Under the pieces are notes generated by a model, which was not told the origin of the DNA, searched no databases, and saw only the letters and a list, made by a program, of their open reading frames with translations. A stretch of DNA of 64,000 nt, taken from a bacterium. Lineage in GTDB: Bacteria; Krumholzibacteriota; Krumholzibacteriia; G020349025. The DNA is taken from contig JANLSU010000120.1 in assembly GCA_031362565.1 (NCBI GenBank), forward strand, positions 138,872-202,871, read 5' to 3'. Positions 8,563 to 18,420 of the stretch are shown piece after piece. How positions within the stretch are numbered: position 1 is the first letter of the stretch; each line of letters begins with the position of its first letter. The translations under genes were made by a program, and so were the position numbers.

Positions 8563-8842
8563 TGGATCACCTCCTCGATCGCCCTACCCAAATCGGCGGG
8601 ACCCAACCCACCCAGTTCCTCGAGCCGGGCTCGCTGTCGGAACCGTCACGGTGCCGCGCGGGCAGCCCGTGAGTTTTGTATCGAGATCGAGTCTAGCAAG
8701 AATCAACTCGGGACTCCACAACCGGAAAAGCACCCGGCTCGCCCGGCGCCCCGGCACCCTGCCCCTCCCCCCTTGGCCTGGACGGCCGCCTGCACCATCC
8801 TCCACGGGCCCTTGATCGGTCGCCCCCACGAAGGAGAATTCC

Positions 8843-9463
8843 ATGCGGTTCCAGTCACGCCACGGGTTCTGTGTCATCGTGTTGGCCCTGGGTTGCTCGA
8901 GCGCCGCTTTGGCCCAGGACAAGCCTGCACAAGCGCCGCCCATGAGCGCCGAGGAACAGGCGATGCAGGCGAAGTGGATGGCGTTCATGACCCCGGGCGC
9001 GGAACACCAGATCCTGGCCGGCCGGGTTGGAATGTGGAACTCGAAGGTCACCATTTGGGAGGCGCCGGGTGCACCACCGGTTTCCGAAATGTCGAAAACC
9101 GAGGTGAAGGCCATTTTCGACGGCCGTTACTTCGAAGACACGACCACCGGCAACTTCATGGGGATGCCGTTCAACGGCCGCGCACTCATGGGCTACGACA
9201 ACCTGAAGAAGAAATTCTTCACTACCTGGATCGACAACATGGGCACGGGCATGATGGTCGCCGAGGGCACGTACGACGCCGCGACCAAGACCATTACTTT
9301 CGCGGGCGACCATCCTGACATCATGGCCGGCAAGTACCGCCCGTCCAAGTCGACCGAAAAGTGGGTCAGCGCCGACGAGTGGCAGATGGAGATGTTCAAT
9401 CAGGGACCCGACGGCAAGTCCTGGTGGAAGTGCATGGAGATCGTGTACACGCGCGCCAAGTGA
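8843..9463 (+). CDS. DUF1579-family secreted protein
   Basis: AAGGAG RBS, signal peptide, TPGAEH..L, FDGRY, GYDNLKKKF.TTWIDNMGTG, MEIVYTR. Confidence 0.85.
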   Translation: MRFQSRHGFCVIVLALGCSSAALAQDKPAQAPPMSAEEQAMQAKWMAFMTPGAEHQILAGRVGMWNSKVTIWEAPGAPPVSEMSKTEVKAIFDGRYFEDTTTGNFMGMPFNGRALMGYDNLKKKFFTTWIDNMGTGMMVAEGTYDAATKTITFAGDHPDIMAGKYRPSKSTEKWVSADEWQMEMFNQGPDGKSWWKCMEIVYTRAK

Positions 9464-9510
9464 GGGTCTTCACTACGAGACCGGGGACGTTTCACGATGG
9501 GGAGATCACG

Positions 9511-10047
9511 ATGCGGTGGATCCGTCGCGGCCTCATTTGTTGTGCTCTGCTTGTGCCTATCATGGCCTCTTTGTCCTGCACCAAGTATGAACATCGAGGT
9601 CTGAAGCCCGCGGACGTTTGGAAACTCAAGCCCAAGTACGAAGAGACCATCTTACCTGGATGGTTGCTTGGCGGCGGACCGGTTTGCACCTTTTCGTCCA
9701 CGCCTTCCAATGGCCTTGTCGCATCACCGTGGCAGTACTCGCGCGATATCGCCCTCACGGCGACCGACGAGGTCGATATTTCGTTCACGAATTTGGGGGC
9801 ATCTGCCGTCGTGGTCTCCGAGGTAATTTTGTTTCAGTGCATGGCTGGAGCTTGGATTCCAACGGCATCGGCGGCAGATCCTCGGGTGTTTTTCATCACG
9901 AATGACTGCACCGGAAAAACCCTGGCTCCGAGCGAGGGTTGCTTCGTGAAGATCGGGGTCCGCTCGAGGCTCGGAAAGTCCAAGCTCGAGGTGCACGGTC
10001 CAGGTGGCGTTGTGCTGTTCGAGTTCGACATCAATGTCTATCTATAG
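9511..10047 (+). CDS. Hypothetical lipoprotein with Ig-like (choice-of-anchor D/Hydin-like) C-terminus
   Basis: GGGGAG RBS before ATG 9511; LSC lipobox-like motif; 'FTNLG..AV' and 'ITNDC.GKTLAP...C.V.I'. Confidence 0.5.
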   Translation: MRWIRRGLICCALLVPIMASLSCTKYEHRGLKPADVWKLKPKYEETILPGWLLGGGPVCTFSSTPSNGLVASPWQYSRDIALTATDEVDISFTNLGASAVVVSEVILFQCMAGAWIPTASAADPRVFFITNDCTGKTLAPSEGCFVKIGVRSRLGKSKLEVHGPGGVVLFEFDINVYL

Positions 10048-11278
10048 ACGGCCTGGGCGGGCAGCGCCGCCGCTGCTCGCCGCTTTGTGCGTCGCCTTGC
10101 TTGCGCCGCCCGCCCAGGCGGTTCAGAAGCGTATTCTGTTCGACAACGCCCACGCCGAAACGGCCGGCAACGCCGACTGGCAGATCGACACCGATCAGCC
10201 ATTCCCACGCCCCGTGCAGAGCGGGGTCACGCCGTCGACGCCGCGCACGTACTGGCTCGGTGCCATCTCGTCCTGGGGCATCGACATGGTCAAGCGCGGC
10301 TACTTCGTGGCTTCGTTGCCGGCAGCGCACGGCGTCACCTATGGCGTCGCGAACGATTCGCTCGATCTGTCGTTCTACGATGTCTTCGTTGTCGACGAAC
10401 CCAACAAGCGATTCACGGCCGCTGAAGCGGCGGCCATCTTCAGCTACGTTCATGACGGCGGCGGCCTGGTGGCGGTTTCGGATCACAATATCTCCGACCG
10501 CGACAACGACGGCTTCGACTCGCCGCGCATTTGGAACCGCCTCGACCCGAATCATTTTTTCGGCGCCCACTTCGACACGACCGGCGAGGTGAACAACAAT
10601 TTCACGCAAACAAGCACCAACGTCGACCCGGCGCCCAACGATTCGATCATCCACGGTCCGAACGGGTTCGCGAACGCCCTCGAATTCCACAACGGCACAT
10701 CCATGGTGTTGTACCCGGGCGTGAATCCGTCGGTGCGCGGCAAGGTGTGGATGATGGGCGTGCCGGTGGGCTCCACGACCGGAGTGATGGCAGCGGTCTC
10801 GACGTATGGCAAGGGTCACATCTTTTTCGTCGGCGACAGCTCACCCTGTGACGACGGCAGCGCGGCACCCGGCAACAGCAGCATCTTCGACGGTTGGGCG
10901 GAGGCGGCCGGTGCCGACAGTGTGCTATTCCAGAATGCGACCCAGTGGGTGACGCGACGCACGCCGATTCCTTCGTCGCTCCCCGGCCCGGCGGCGGGAG
11001 CACTCTTGGCGCTCGAGCGCCCCGGGGCAAATCCGGCGCATGGGCACGTCGACTTGCGGTTCTCGTTGCCCGCAAGTGGCACTGCACGTATCGAGATCGT
11101 GACCGTGAGCGGCGAACGGATCTGGAATTGGTCGGCAGCGAATCTCACCGCCGGCGAACACCAAATGACTTGGAATGGTCGGCAATCGAACGGCGCGCCG
11201 GCGCCCGCCGGAATGTACTTTGCCCGGCTCACCGCGCCTGCAGGATCGCGCACCCGGCGATTCACGTTCCTGCCCTGA
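10034..11278 (+). CDS. Secreted protein with class-I GATase-like/DUF4350-like domain and C-terminal FlgD-Ig domain
   Basis: Signal peptide (AQA); ILFDNAHAETAGNADW, YVHDGGGL, GKG.IFFVGDSSP; tail 'WNGRQSNG..APAGMYFARL'. Confidence 0.75.
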   Translation: MSIYRRPGRAAPPLLAALCVALLAPPAQAVQKRILFDNAHAETAGNADWQIDTDQPFPRPVQSGVTPSTPRTYWLGAISSWGIDMVKRGYFVASLPAAHGVTYGVANDSLDLSFYDVFVVDEPNKRFTAAEAAAIFSYVHDGGGLVAVSDHNISDRDNDGFDSPRIWNRLDPNHFFGAHFDTTGEVNNNFTQTSTNVDPAPNDSIIHGPNGFANALEFHNGTSMVLYPGVNPSVRGKVWMMGVPVGSTTGVMAAVSTYGKGHIFFVGDSSPCDDGSAAPGNSSIFDGWAEAAGADSVLFQNATQWVTRRTPIPSSLPGPAAGALLALERPGANPAHGHVDLRFSLPASGTARIEIVTVSGERIWNWSAANLTAGEHQMTWNGRQSNGAPAPAGMYFARLTAPAGSRTRRFTFLP

Positions 11279-11349
11279 GGGTGCCGCAATCCCGCGGCAC
11301 GTAAAAACCTGTCAGGGGCGTCAACGGGACGTAAAAGATGCGCGCCAGA

Positions 11350-11379
11350 TGTAACCTTTCGCGGCTCTTCGGAGTCTAA
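11350..11379 (+). promoter_or_regulatory. Possible ECF sigma-factor promoter
   Basis: TGTAACC-N17-GTCTAA about 70 bp upstream of the ATG at 11449. Confidence 0.35.
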
Positions 11380-11448
11380 CCATCCTGATACACGGACCTC
11401 GCCAGGCCCCGGAGACGCTTTCCCTTTCACAGCGCGTGGAGGAAGTCG

Positions 11449-13728
11449 ATGCCGTCGCGATTGCTCGGCCGTTCAGCCGTTGTTTCTGCCTTGGTTCTGT
11501 CCGCCTGCTTCGGCATCGAACCCGCCTCCGCCCAGGTCACGACCAAGAACGGCGAAGCGATAACGGTGACCCGCGTCGAGAGCGGCATTCGTGTCGACGG
11601 CGACATCGACGACGCTGCCTGGAAAACGGTCCCGGCCATCGAAGGCTGGGTCGAAACCAACCCGGGCGACAACCTGCCGGCGTCCGTCGGGTGCCGTGCC
11701 CGGCTGGCCTATGACGGCGACTTCCTGTACGCCGTCTTCGAGTTCGACGACCCGGACGCCAAGGCGATCCGCGCCCCGCTCGGGGACCACGACAACGTTC
11801 CCGGCTCGACAGACTACGGCGGCATCATTCTGGACGCGCGCAACGACGGCAAGACGGCGCAAATGTTCCTGGCCAATGCGCGCGGCGTGCAGTACGACGC
11901 CATCACAAGCGATACCTCCGGCGAAGACAACTCGCCCGATTTCTACTGGGATGCCGCCGGACGCATCACCGATCACGGTTGGCAGCTCGAGATGCGCATT
12001 CCATTCTCATCGATTCGCTATACGGACCCCAACCCTTCGCAGTGGGGCATCCTGCTCTATCGCAACCGGCCGCGCGATTTTCGCTATCAGTATTTTTCGT
12101 CACGCTTGCCGCGCGACGTCAATTGTTTCATCTGCAACGGCCGTCCGGTCGTGGGCCTGCATGATTTGCCGTCCGGGAGCCACTGGGTCGCGGCACCGTA
12201 TGCCACCGCGAGCCAAGAATCCCATCAGCTCGGGGATCTGGGATCACCGCTGACGCGTGACGACGCCAAGTTCGATGGTGGCGCCGACTTCAAGTGGCTG
12301 CCCAATCCGGACACGGTGATCGACGCGGCGCTCAATCCCGATTTCTCGCAGATCGAATCCGATGCCGGTCAGATCAGCGCCAACGAACGCTTCGCGATCT
12401 TTCAGCCCGAGAAGCGGCCGTTCTTCCTGGAAGGCGTCGACCTCTTTTCGACACCGATCACCGCGGTCTACACCCGCACCTTCACCAATCCAGAGTGGGG
12501 GGCGCGCGCGACCGGCGGCACCGAGAAGTCGAAATACACGCTGTTGCTCGGGCATGATCGCGGCGGCGGCAGTGTCATTTTGCCGGGGCCGCTCGGGTCC
12601 GATCTTGCCGATCAGCACTATCACTCGTTGGTCGGAATCGGACGCGTGCGCCGGGACATCGGGCTTTCGTCGGCCAGCTTCCTCTACTCCGGACGCGAGA
12701 TCGACGGCGGCGGTTCAAATCGCGTCTTCGGACCGGATTTCGTCTGGCGCCCGAACGATCAATCGACGTTGACCGGGCAATTGCTGTGGAGTTTCAGCAA
12801 GACCCCCGACCGCCCGGCGCTGGCGTCGGAATGGGACGGGCGTTCGCTCGAAGGCCACGCCGCCGAAGTTTGGTACAGCTGGTCCAATCGGCACTGGGAC
12901 GTCTTCGGCGTTTACGATGACTTTGCAAATGGCTTTCGCGCCGACAACGGTTTCGTGCCCGAGGTGGGCTACCGGCTCGGGCGGTTCGACAGCGGCCGCA
13001 CCTTCCGCCCGCCTTCCGGCGCGGTACGCCGCGTGCGGGTCTTTCTGCAGGGCGAAGCCAGTGACGATCGCGACGGCGCCACGTTGACGCGCTGGATCGG
13101 CCCCGGCTTCGGCATGGATGCGCTCTGGAACTCGTTCGTGCGCGTCGAGTTGAATGCTGACCGGGTCCGCGGCCAGGAAAAGCTGCACGACCGGTTCCGC
13201 GTCGTGCCGCAGGTGCAGATCCAACCGGGCAAGATCCTGAACAGCGTCGCCGTCTCCGGCACCTACGGCGATCAGATCGATTTTGCGAATGACCGCGGTG
13301 CAAAGGGCGGTGACTTGACCGCCAGTGCCGACATCCGGCCCACCACCCACTTGCGCCTGACACCGTCTTACCGCCGGCGCTGGCTGAACGTGGATGCAGG
13401 CGCTGCCGCCAACGGCCGCTTGTTGACGGCCCAGATTCCGCGCCTGCGAGCCGTGTACACGTTCAACTCGCAAGCGTGGTTGCGCCTCATCGGCCAGTGG
13501 AGCGAGGTCAAGCGTCATCCGGGGCTGTACCCCGATCCGAGTGCGGTGGACGCCAAGAGCCGCGACTTCGGTGGCTCGGCGGTCTTCGCCTACAAACTCA
13601 ACTGGCAGACGGTGCTCTTCCTCGGTTACTCGGAAGCGCAGACGCTCGACACGCAGAACGAACCACAAGAGCTACAGCCTGTGGCCCGGCAAGGATTCTT
13701 CAAGATCTCTTACGCGTTCCGCGGTTGA
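11449..13728 (+). CDS. CBM9-like plus DUF5916 outer-membrane protein
   Basis: Signal peptide; VDGDIDD..W, W.LEMRIPFSSIRY, NPDFSQIESD, EKRPFFLEG, YTR; beta-barrel-like end KISYAF. Confidence 0.85.
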   Translation: MPSRLLGRSAVVSALVLSACFGIEPASAQVTTKNGEAITVTRVESGIRVDGDIDDAAWKTVPAIEGWVETNPGDNLPASVGCRARLAYDGDFLYAVFEFDDPDAKAIRAPLGDHDNVPGSTDYGGIILDARNDGKTAQMFLANARGVQYDAITSDTSGEDNSPDFYWDAAGRITDHGWQLEMRIPFSSIRYTDPNPSQWGILLYRNRPRDFRYQYFSSRLPRDVNCFICNGRPVVGLHDLPSGSHWVAAPYATASQESHQLGDLGSPLTRDDAKFDGGADFKWLPNPDTVIDAALNPDFSQIESDAGQISANERFAIFQPEKRPFFLEGVDLFSTPITAVYTRTFTNPEWGARATGGTEKSKYTLLLGHDRGGGSVILPGPLGSDLADQHYHSLVGIGRVRRDIGLSSASFLYSGREIDGGGSNRVFGPDFVWRPNDQSTLTGQLLWSFSKTPDRPALASEWDGRSLEGHAAEVWYSWSNRHWDVFGVYDDFANGFRADNGFVPEVGYRLGRFDSGRTFRPPSGAVRRVRVFLQGEASDDRDGATLTRWIGPGFGMDALWNSFVRVELNADRVRGQEKLHDRFRVVPQVQIQPGKILNSVAVSGTYGDQIDFANDRGAKGGDLTASADIRPTTHLRLTPSYRRRWLNVDAGAAANGRLLTAQIPRLRAVYTFNSQAWLRLIGQWSEVKRHPGLYPDPSAVDAKSRDFGGSAVFAYKLNWQTVLFLGYSEAQTLDTQNEPQELQPVARQGFFKISYAFRG

Positions 13729-13743
13729 GTCGTGAGACAGTGG

Positions 13744-14280
13744 TCAAAGCGTTCGGGATCTCTTGATGTCCGCAGTAAGCGCGGTAGCGAAACTCACTGC
13801 AAGGCGTCGGAACGCTTCGTCACCCTCGGTCCAACCGGACACAGCGCCGACGAAGTTTCCGGCAAACACCGTGTGCCCGGACGAGTGGTCGATGAGCCGC
13901 AAGTTCGCCGTTAGCGTCGCTTGTCCGAGCCCAAAGCCAACGAAAAAACGGACGAGCCCATTGCCCCGGTCGAAGTCGAGAAGCGTTCCCTGAACCTCCA
14001 AGGGCACCACCGCCCCACCAATTGGTGACGCGATGCCAACCCCGGCGTTGCGCAGCTCGGCGGCGATCACTTGCTGGAGTTTCTGCAGCTCTTCGGGCCG
14101 CGGTTTCTTGGTGGCTTGCATATCGAGCGGCAATGCGGTGGTGATTTCACCGACACTCACGACCGGCCGGCGAGAGAGCGGGGCGTCGAGCGGCTGTGTG
14201 ATGGCGAACTGATTCACATTCACACAGCCCAGATTGAGCGCGACGATCCATAGACTGGGGAGAATGGAGCGAACCTTCAT
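13744..14280 (-). CDS. DUF4410-like lipoprotein
   Basis: NLGC lipobox; 'DRGN..VRFFVGFGLG.A.L...LRL.D'. Confidence 0.65.
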   Translation of the reverse strand: MKVRSILPSLWIVALNLGCVNVNQFAITQPLDAPLSRRPVVSVGEITTALPLDMQATKKPRPEELQKLQQVIAAELRNAGVGIASPIGGAVVPLEVQGTLLDFDRGNGLVRFFVGFGLGQATLTANLRLIDHSSGHTVFAGNFVGAVSGWTEGDEAFRRLAVSFATALTADIKRSRTL

Positions 14281-14329
14281 CGGGTCCCCCTTTCCAAATC
14301 AAACCGCCGCATACCGCGGCGCCCATCTC

Positions 14330-15499
14330 TCACTGCAGAAGGGCGAATCCGGCGCGAACCCCGGGAACGAACCCGAGCGGGTCCTTCAACAAGAGATCGA
14401 GGTCCACAGAGACGGTGAGGCCCACATGCCGTTGAACGGCGCGAATCAAGCCCGCACCGAGACTCGTGACGAATCCCGCTTCGGTGTCCGTTGCCACAAC
14501 CGTGACGAGTTGGGTTCCGGTCTGGACGACGGCCTCGCCCCGCAAGCGATGCCGGATGGCTCCAAACGACGATTGCACGAACCAGAACCCGGAATTCGGC
14601 TGCCACTTGTCGAGTGGCGCATGGTATTCGACACCCAACTCGACTCGCCAGGGATCCACGTCGTAGCTCTGAGAGACAAAGATGAAATTTGGGTCGAAAC
14701 TTACCAGGTGAACCGAGTTCGCGAACTCCATTCCAACCCGGCTGACATCGAACCGAAGCGCGGTTTCGTCGTTGATCGCGATGTGCAAAACGCCGCCGTA
14801 TCCGGCGCCACCGCGGGTGCCCGTATAGTAACCACCGCTCGGCGCGTCGAACCCGCCCTTCAACTCGAGGGCGAACCGCCACGGCAACGCCGAACGAATG
14901 GATCCGCCCGCATCAACCACGGGCGGTGCGTTTGCGGCCGCCGGAGCGAATGACTCCCGGACCAGAACAGAATCCACTGTCGCAGCAACCGCATCCCCAG
15001 ATCGCGCCGTCACAGTCACGTCGTGGCCTGCGCTATCGACAATCCGCTGGACCCGGTCCCAGCGAATGGCCCGCGGACGGGCGCCATCCAGAATGAGCAT
15101 TTCTTGCCGGTTTGGATTCATCACGAACCTGGTTTTCTTGATCTCTTCGCCGGAGGCGAGGACGATCTGGCGCGCCAAGACAAAGTCCTCGCGCCCAACC
15201 TTCTCGAGTCCCGCCGGGTGGTAGTGCATTCGAAGCAGCACCGGGGCGATGTTCGCCCCGGTGGAATCGACAATCGCCTCGATATCTGAAAAGCTGATCG
15301 ACGTGCCCGCATGGTCGTGTTCGACCACCAGAATCTGCAGGGACCGGCGCAGCGTGAACGGGCGTTGTTCGTAGATCGTGCCATCTTTCAAGAGCACAGT
15401 GGCGTGCCGGCGAGACGGCGCGACAAACGCCGGGCAGGCCGTGGCGGCCAGAAGAAGGATCACGACCGCGAGTCCCCGCGCCATTTGATGCGCACTCAT
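14330..15499 (-). CDS. Secreted hypothetical protein with C-terminal outer-membrane beta-barrel
   Basis: Signal peptide; two similar small N-terminal modules (TVLLKDG, IVLASGE); alternating amphipathic strands ending GVRAGFALLQ. Confidence 0.6.
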   Translation of the reverse strand: MSAHQMARGLAVVILLLAATACPAFVAPSRRHATVLLKDGTIYEQRPFTLRRSLQILVVEHDHAGTSISFSDIEAIVDSTGANIAPVLLRMHYHPAGLEKVGREDFVLARQIVLASGEEIKKTRFVMNPNRQEMLILDGARPRAIRWDRVQRIVDSAGHDVTVTARSGDAVAATVDSVLVRESFAPAAANAPPVVDAGGSIRSALPWRFALELKGGFDAPSGGYYTGTRGGAGYGGVLHIAINDETALRFDVSRVGMEFANSVHLVSFDPNFIFVSQSYDVDPWRVELGVEYHAPLDKWQPNSGFWFVQSSFGAIRHRLRGEAVVQTGTQLVTVVATDTEAGFVTSLGAGLIRAVQRHVGLTVSVDLDLLLKDPLGFVPGVRAGFALLQ

Positions 15500-15586
15500 G
15501 GGATGCCCTTTCGGCGTGCCCAACCAACAACTCGGACGTGTGCGCATGACGGTGCCTCGCAGCGGCGCGGCCTGTCAAGCCCTTGG

Positions 15587-17266
15587 TTAGTGCGGCGCGT
15601 CCGGAGCAGCCCTGAGAAATCGGGCCAGTGTCTTGTCGAACTCCGCGCCGCGCAGTTCCGGGCCCGAGGCGACGATCTTGCCCACCGGGTCCACAAGAAC
15701 CGCGAACGGAATTCCCACGACCTCGAATGCCCGTGGCGCGTCTTCGAAATCTTGGCCCGGTGCGAAGGCGTGCTGCCACGGCATCTGCCATTTGCGGCCG
15801 CGAAACGCCGCGACGTCACTGCGCTTGGGGTCGAAAGATACGCTCAGGATCGCGAGCCCGTGATCCTTGTAGGTCGCATACGCTGCATGCAGCCGAGGCA
15901 TCTCGGCAATGCACGGCGCACACCATGTGGCCCAGAAGTCGATCAGGAGCCATTGACCGCGAAAGTCGTGCGGGCGGACCACCACGGTGGAGTCTTCGAG
16001 CCCCCGGAACACTACGTCGGGCGCCGGAGCGCCGGCCTTTATCCGGTGATCGGGGCCGAATCGTTTGAGAGCCGCATCGGCCCAGTGGGTCGCCGCGTAC
16101 TCCTTTACCAACGGCAGATAGCTCACGATGAACCGATCGGGGTCATTCTCGGCGTATGCCTTCTGAACGACCGCGTACAGGAATGCGGCGCGGACCACGC
16201 TGTCCGGATGTGACGCGATGACGCGGTCCATGTACTCGTTGATGGCGGCGGGGCGGCGAGCGGCACGGGCGATCAAGCTGAACACGTTGTTCGGGCCGCC
16301 CCACTCGAGCGACCAGGCCGGCGAATCGGCGGGGATCTCCTGCAAAGCGGTGCGCGCCAGCAGGGAGTCGGAATCCGCCCCATCGAGATGGAAGTACTGC
16401 ATCAACAACAGTTGTTTGCGCAGCGGCCGCCGTTCCGCGGCGATGCGGCCGCGCAGATCCCAACGGTCGGCGGTGAAATCATAGGTAAAGTCTTGAGCGT
16501 CGCCCCCCGCAGCCTCGAAGGCTCGCGCCGCCTTGGTGAACCTCGTGCCGCGCTCTTCCGCCTCCCGGTACAGGGCGTACGCGTCCGCAGCGTCCCCACG
16601 AGGCGGCTTGAACCGCAGGGCCGGCGGCGCGGTCGAGTGCGGCAGGCACCCGGGGTCGAACACGATCTCCAGCGGATGTGCGCCCACTGCGACTTCGGAC
16701 ACAAACTTGTCGCCTTGGCCGCCAATCAGCACTCGGTGCTGCCAATCGAACGCCACACGATCCGCCTGTGTGCCGCTAAGCGGCACCTCGCCTTGTTGAA
16801 CACCGATCAGTTGATAGTGCAGCGTATCGCTCTTGCAGTCGATGTTCGCCGTGAACGTGCCGTCGGCACGCTTCAGCATCGGGACAGAGGCTTGCGAAGC
16901 AGGTTTGTTGACGCCACTGATGAGGCGCACGCTGTCGAGCGGCGTGCCGATCTGCACGCTGCCGAGCCGGATCTCGATCTCGAGCGGGCCGGGTCGATCC
17001 ACTACAACCGGCACCAATAGAGTGCGGTGGTGCACCCCGCCAAACCAGATCCAGTACGCGCCGGCGTGCGGGAACGCCATCGAGAAACTGCCATCCACCG
17101 GCGGGAACAGCAGATGATTGGGGCCTCCGTACGGGCGTACGAAGGCCTGGCGCATCGGCCGGCCGTCACAACCGAGCACTTTGCCACGCACGACGTAACC
17201 AGCCGCCGCGCGTCCGGCGCCGGCCGCGAGAACACAGAGCGCAACAAGAATGGCACTGGCCTTCAT
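15587..17266 (-). CDS. TlpA/redoxin family thiol-disulfide oxidoreductase with large N-terminal region
   Basis: Signal peptide; LIDFWATWCAPC..EMP, ILSVSFD, GIP..VLVDP.GKIV. Confidence 0.88.
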   Translation of the reverse strand: MKASAILVALCVLAAGAGRAAAGYVVRGKVLGCDGRPMRQAFVRPYGGPNHLLFPPVDGSFSMAFPHAGAYWIWFGGVHHRTLLVPVVVDRPGPLEIEIRLGSVQIGTPLDSVRLISGVNKPASQASVPMLKRADGTFTANIDCKSDTLHYQLIGVQQGEVPLSGTQADRVAFDWQHRVLIGGQGDKFVSEVAVGAHPLEIVFDPGCLPHSTAPPALRFKPPRGDAADAYALYREAEERGTRFTKAARAFEAAGGDAQDFTYDFTADRWDLRGRIAAERRPLRKQLLLMQYFHLDGADSDSLLARTALQEIPADSPAWSLEWGGPNNVFSLIARAARRPAAINEYMDRVIASHPDSVVRAAFLYAVVQKAYAENDPDRFIVSYLPLVKEYAATHWADAALKRFGPDHRIKAGAPAPDVVFRGLEDSTVVVRPHDFRGQWLLIDFWATWCAPCIAEMPRLHAAYATYKDHGLAILSVSFDPKRSDVAAFRGRKWQMPWQHAFAPGQDFEDAPRAFEVVGIPFAVLVDPVGKIVASGPELRGAEFDKTLARFLRAAPDAPH

Positions 17267-17494
17267 TGCGGCCTCCCTGGGCAGGAGGCCGTAAATCTAT
17301 CTTCGCGGCCGCAAGTCGCACAACCGGCGTGAAAGGAAGGCGGGCGGCGTCAGGGGACACCGCCCGAGTTGATCTGGTTTGCGGGGCGCCTCCCCACGCG
17401 GCGGAGGCTTCTGTCTTGAGGAGAGGGTGCGGTGGGACGCCTGCCATCGTTTGGGAGTCAAGACGACGTGCAGGACGCCCCACCGTGGATGCGC

Positions 17495-17956
17495 TCAGGT
17501 GGAAGCGAGGGGGAGCTTCCGAATGCGAGCGCGCAATTCCTCCAGATCGAAGGGTTTTTCGAGCAAATCGGCGCCCAGGCGGCGGGCCTGCTGGCGCACG
17601 TGGCGGTCCACGAATGCGGTCACGACGAGCACCGGTACGTGCAGTGCACGCACCTTGTTCATCCAGTCGATGGCTTGCAGGCCGGTCAGTCCCGGCATCC
17701 GCACGTCGGTGATCACGAGATCGATGCGATCCTGAACCCGCATCGCGGTCTCGAGACACTCCAGCAGCTCACTGCCGTTCTTCGCTTCGACGACGTCGTA
17801 GCCGTCGCGTCGCAGCGCCTGGGCTACGAGCCGGCGCATTTCGAAATCGTCCTCGGCCAGCACGATCCGTGGCTGGTCGGTTTGCAGCACCGTGACCGGG
17901 CGGGCGGCAGCGCGGCGCGGTGCGAGAGTGTTCGTTTGCATTGCTTGCGTCCTCAC
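17495..17956 (-). CDS. Stand-alone response regulator receiver protein (3 of 3)
   Basis: LAEDD, ITDVRMP, VTAF, KPF; no output domain. Confidence 0.88.
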   Translation of the reverse strand: MRTQAMQTNTLAPRRAAARPVTVLQTDQPRIVLAEDDFEMRRLVAQALRRDGYDVVEAKNGSELLECLETAMRVQDRIDLVITDVRMPGLTGLQAIDWMNKVRALHVPVLVVTAFVDRHVRQQARRLGADLLEKPFDLEELRARIRKLPLAST

Positions 17957-18420
17957 ATCAGGAAATCCGAAGCGCGGGCGCGAGGTGGCGCAAAGAGTTC
18001 GCGCACGAGCTGGCGTAGCTGATCCAATTCGAACGGTTTGTCGAGTACGCGTACGGCGCCGACGCGAACCCCTTCGGCATGCACCGAACGATCACCAAAG
18101 GCGGTGATCAGGATGACCGGCGCCCGGCAGCCGAGTTCGCGCAGCCAAGCAACGGCTTCGAAGCCGCCGAGGCCCGGCATGCGCACATCACTCACCACGA
18201 GATCCACGGGCCGCCCGTCGCGGAGCGAGTCGACGATGTTCGAGACGAGCTGCGAGCCGTCGGGGACTTCGACGACGTCGTAGCCGTCGCGGGTCAGCGC
18301 TTGCGCGAGGAGGCGGCGCATTTCACCGTCATCTTCGGCGAGGACGATGCGCCGCAATCGCGTCACGGTTTCGGACTCGCGCGTGTCTTGCGACTCGGCG
18401 TTCCGCCGGGCGTCGATCAT
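17953..18420 (-). CDS. Stand-alone response regulator receiver protein (2 of 3)
   Basis: LAEDD, VSDVRMP, ITAFGD, KPF; ATG at 18420 overlaps the upstream stop (ATGA). Confidence 0.88.
   Translation of the reverse strand: MIDARRNAESQDTRESETVTRLRRIVLAEDDGEMRRLLAQALTRDGYDVVEVPDGSQLVSNIVDSLRDGRPVDLVVSDVRMPGLGGFEAVAWLRELGCRAPVILITAFGDRSVHAEGVRVGAVRVLDKPFELDQLRQLVRELFAPPRARASDFLM

Larger units (their letters stand above)
8396..8672 (-). ncRNA. Candidate structured small RNA or small-peptide mRNA of unknown family
   Basis: Several clean hairpins, long-range pairing of 8438-8448 with 8560-8573, AGGAGGTGATCCA motif, 3' terminator, no convincing long ORF. Confidence 0.5.

Noticed and set aside
8563..8575. 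TGGATCACCTCCT as the 3' end of a 16S rRNA gene
   Set aside because: The upstream sequence lacks the conserved 16S 3' region (for example GTAACAAGG) and there is no room for an rRNA gene. Treated instead as an extended SD on the minus strand.
15518..15592. attC-like imperfect hairpin (CACTAAC...GTTGGGC on the minus strand) after the tlpA stop
   Set aside because: The left box does not fit RYYYAAC, it is a single site, no integron integrase is present, and the internal TTGACA may simply be a promoter -35.
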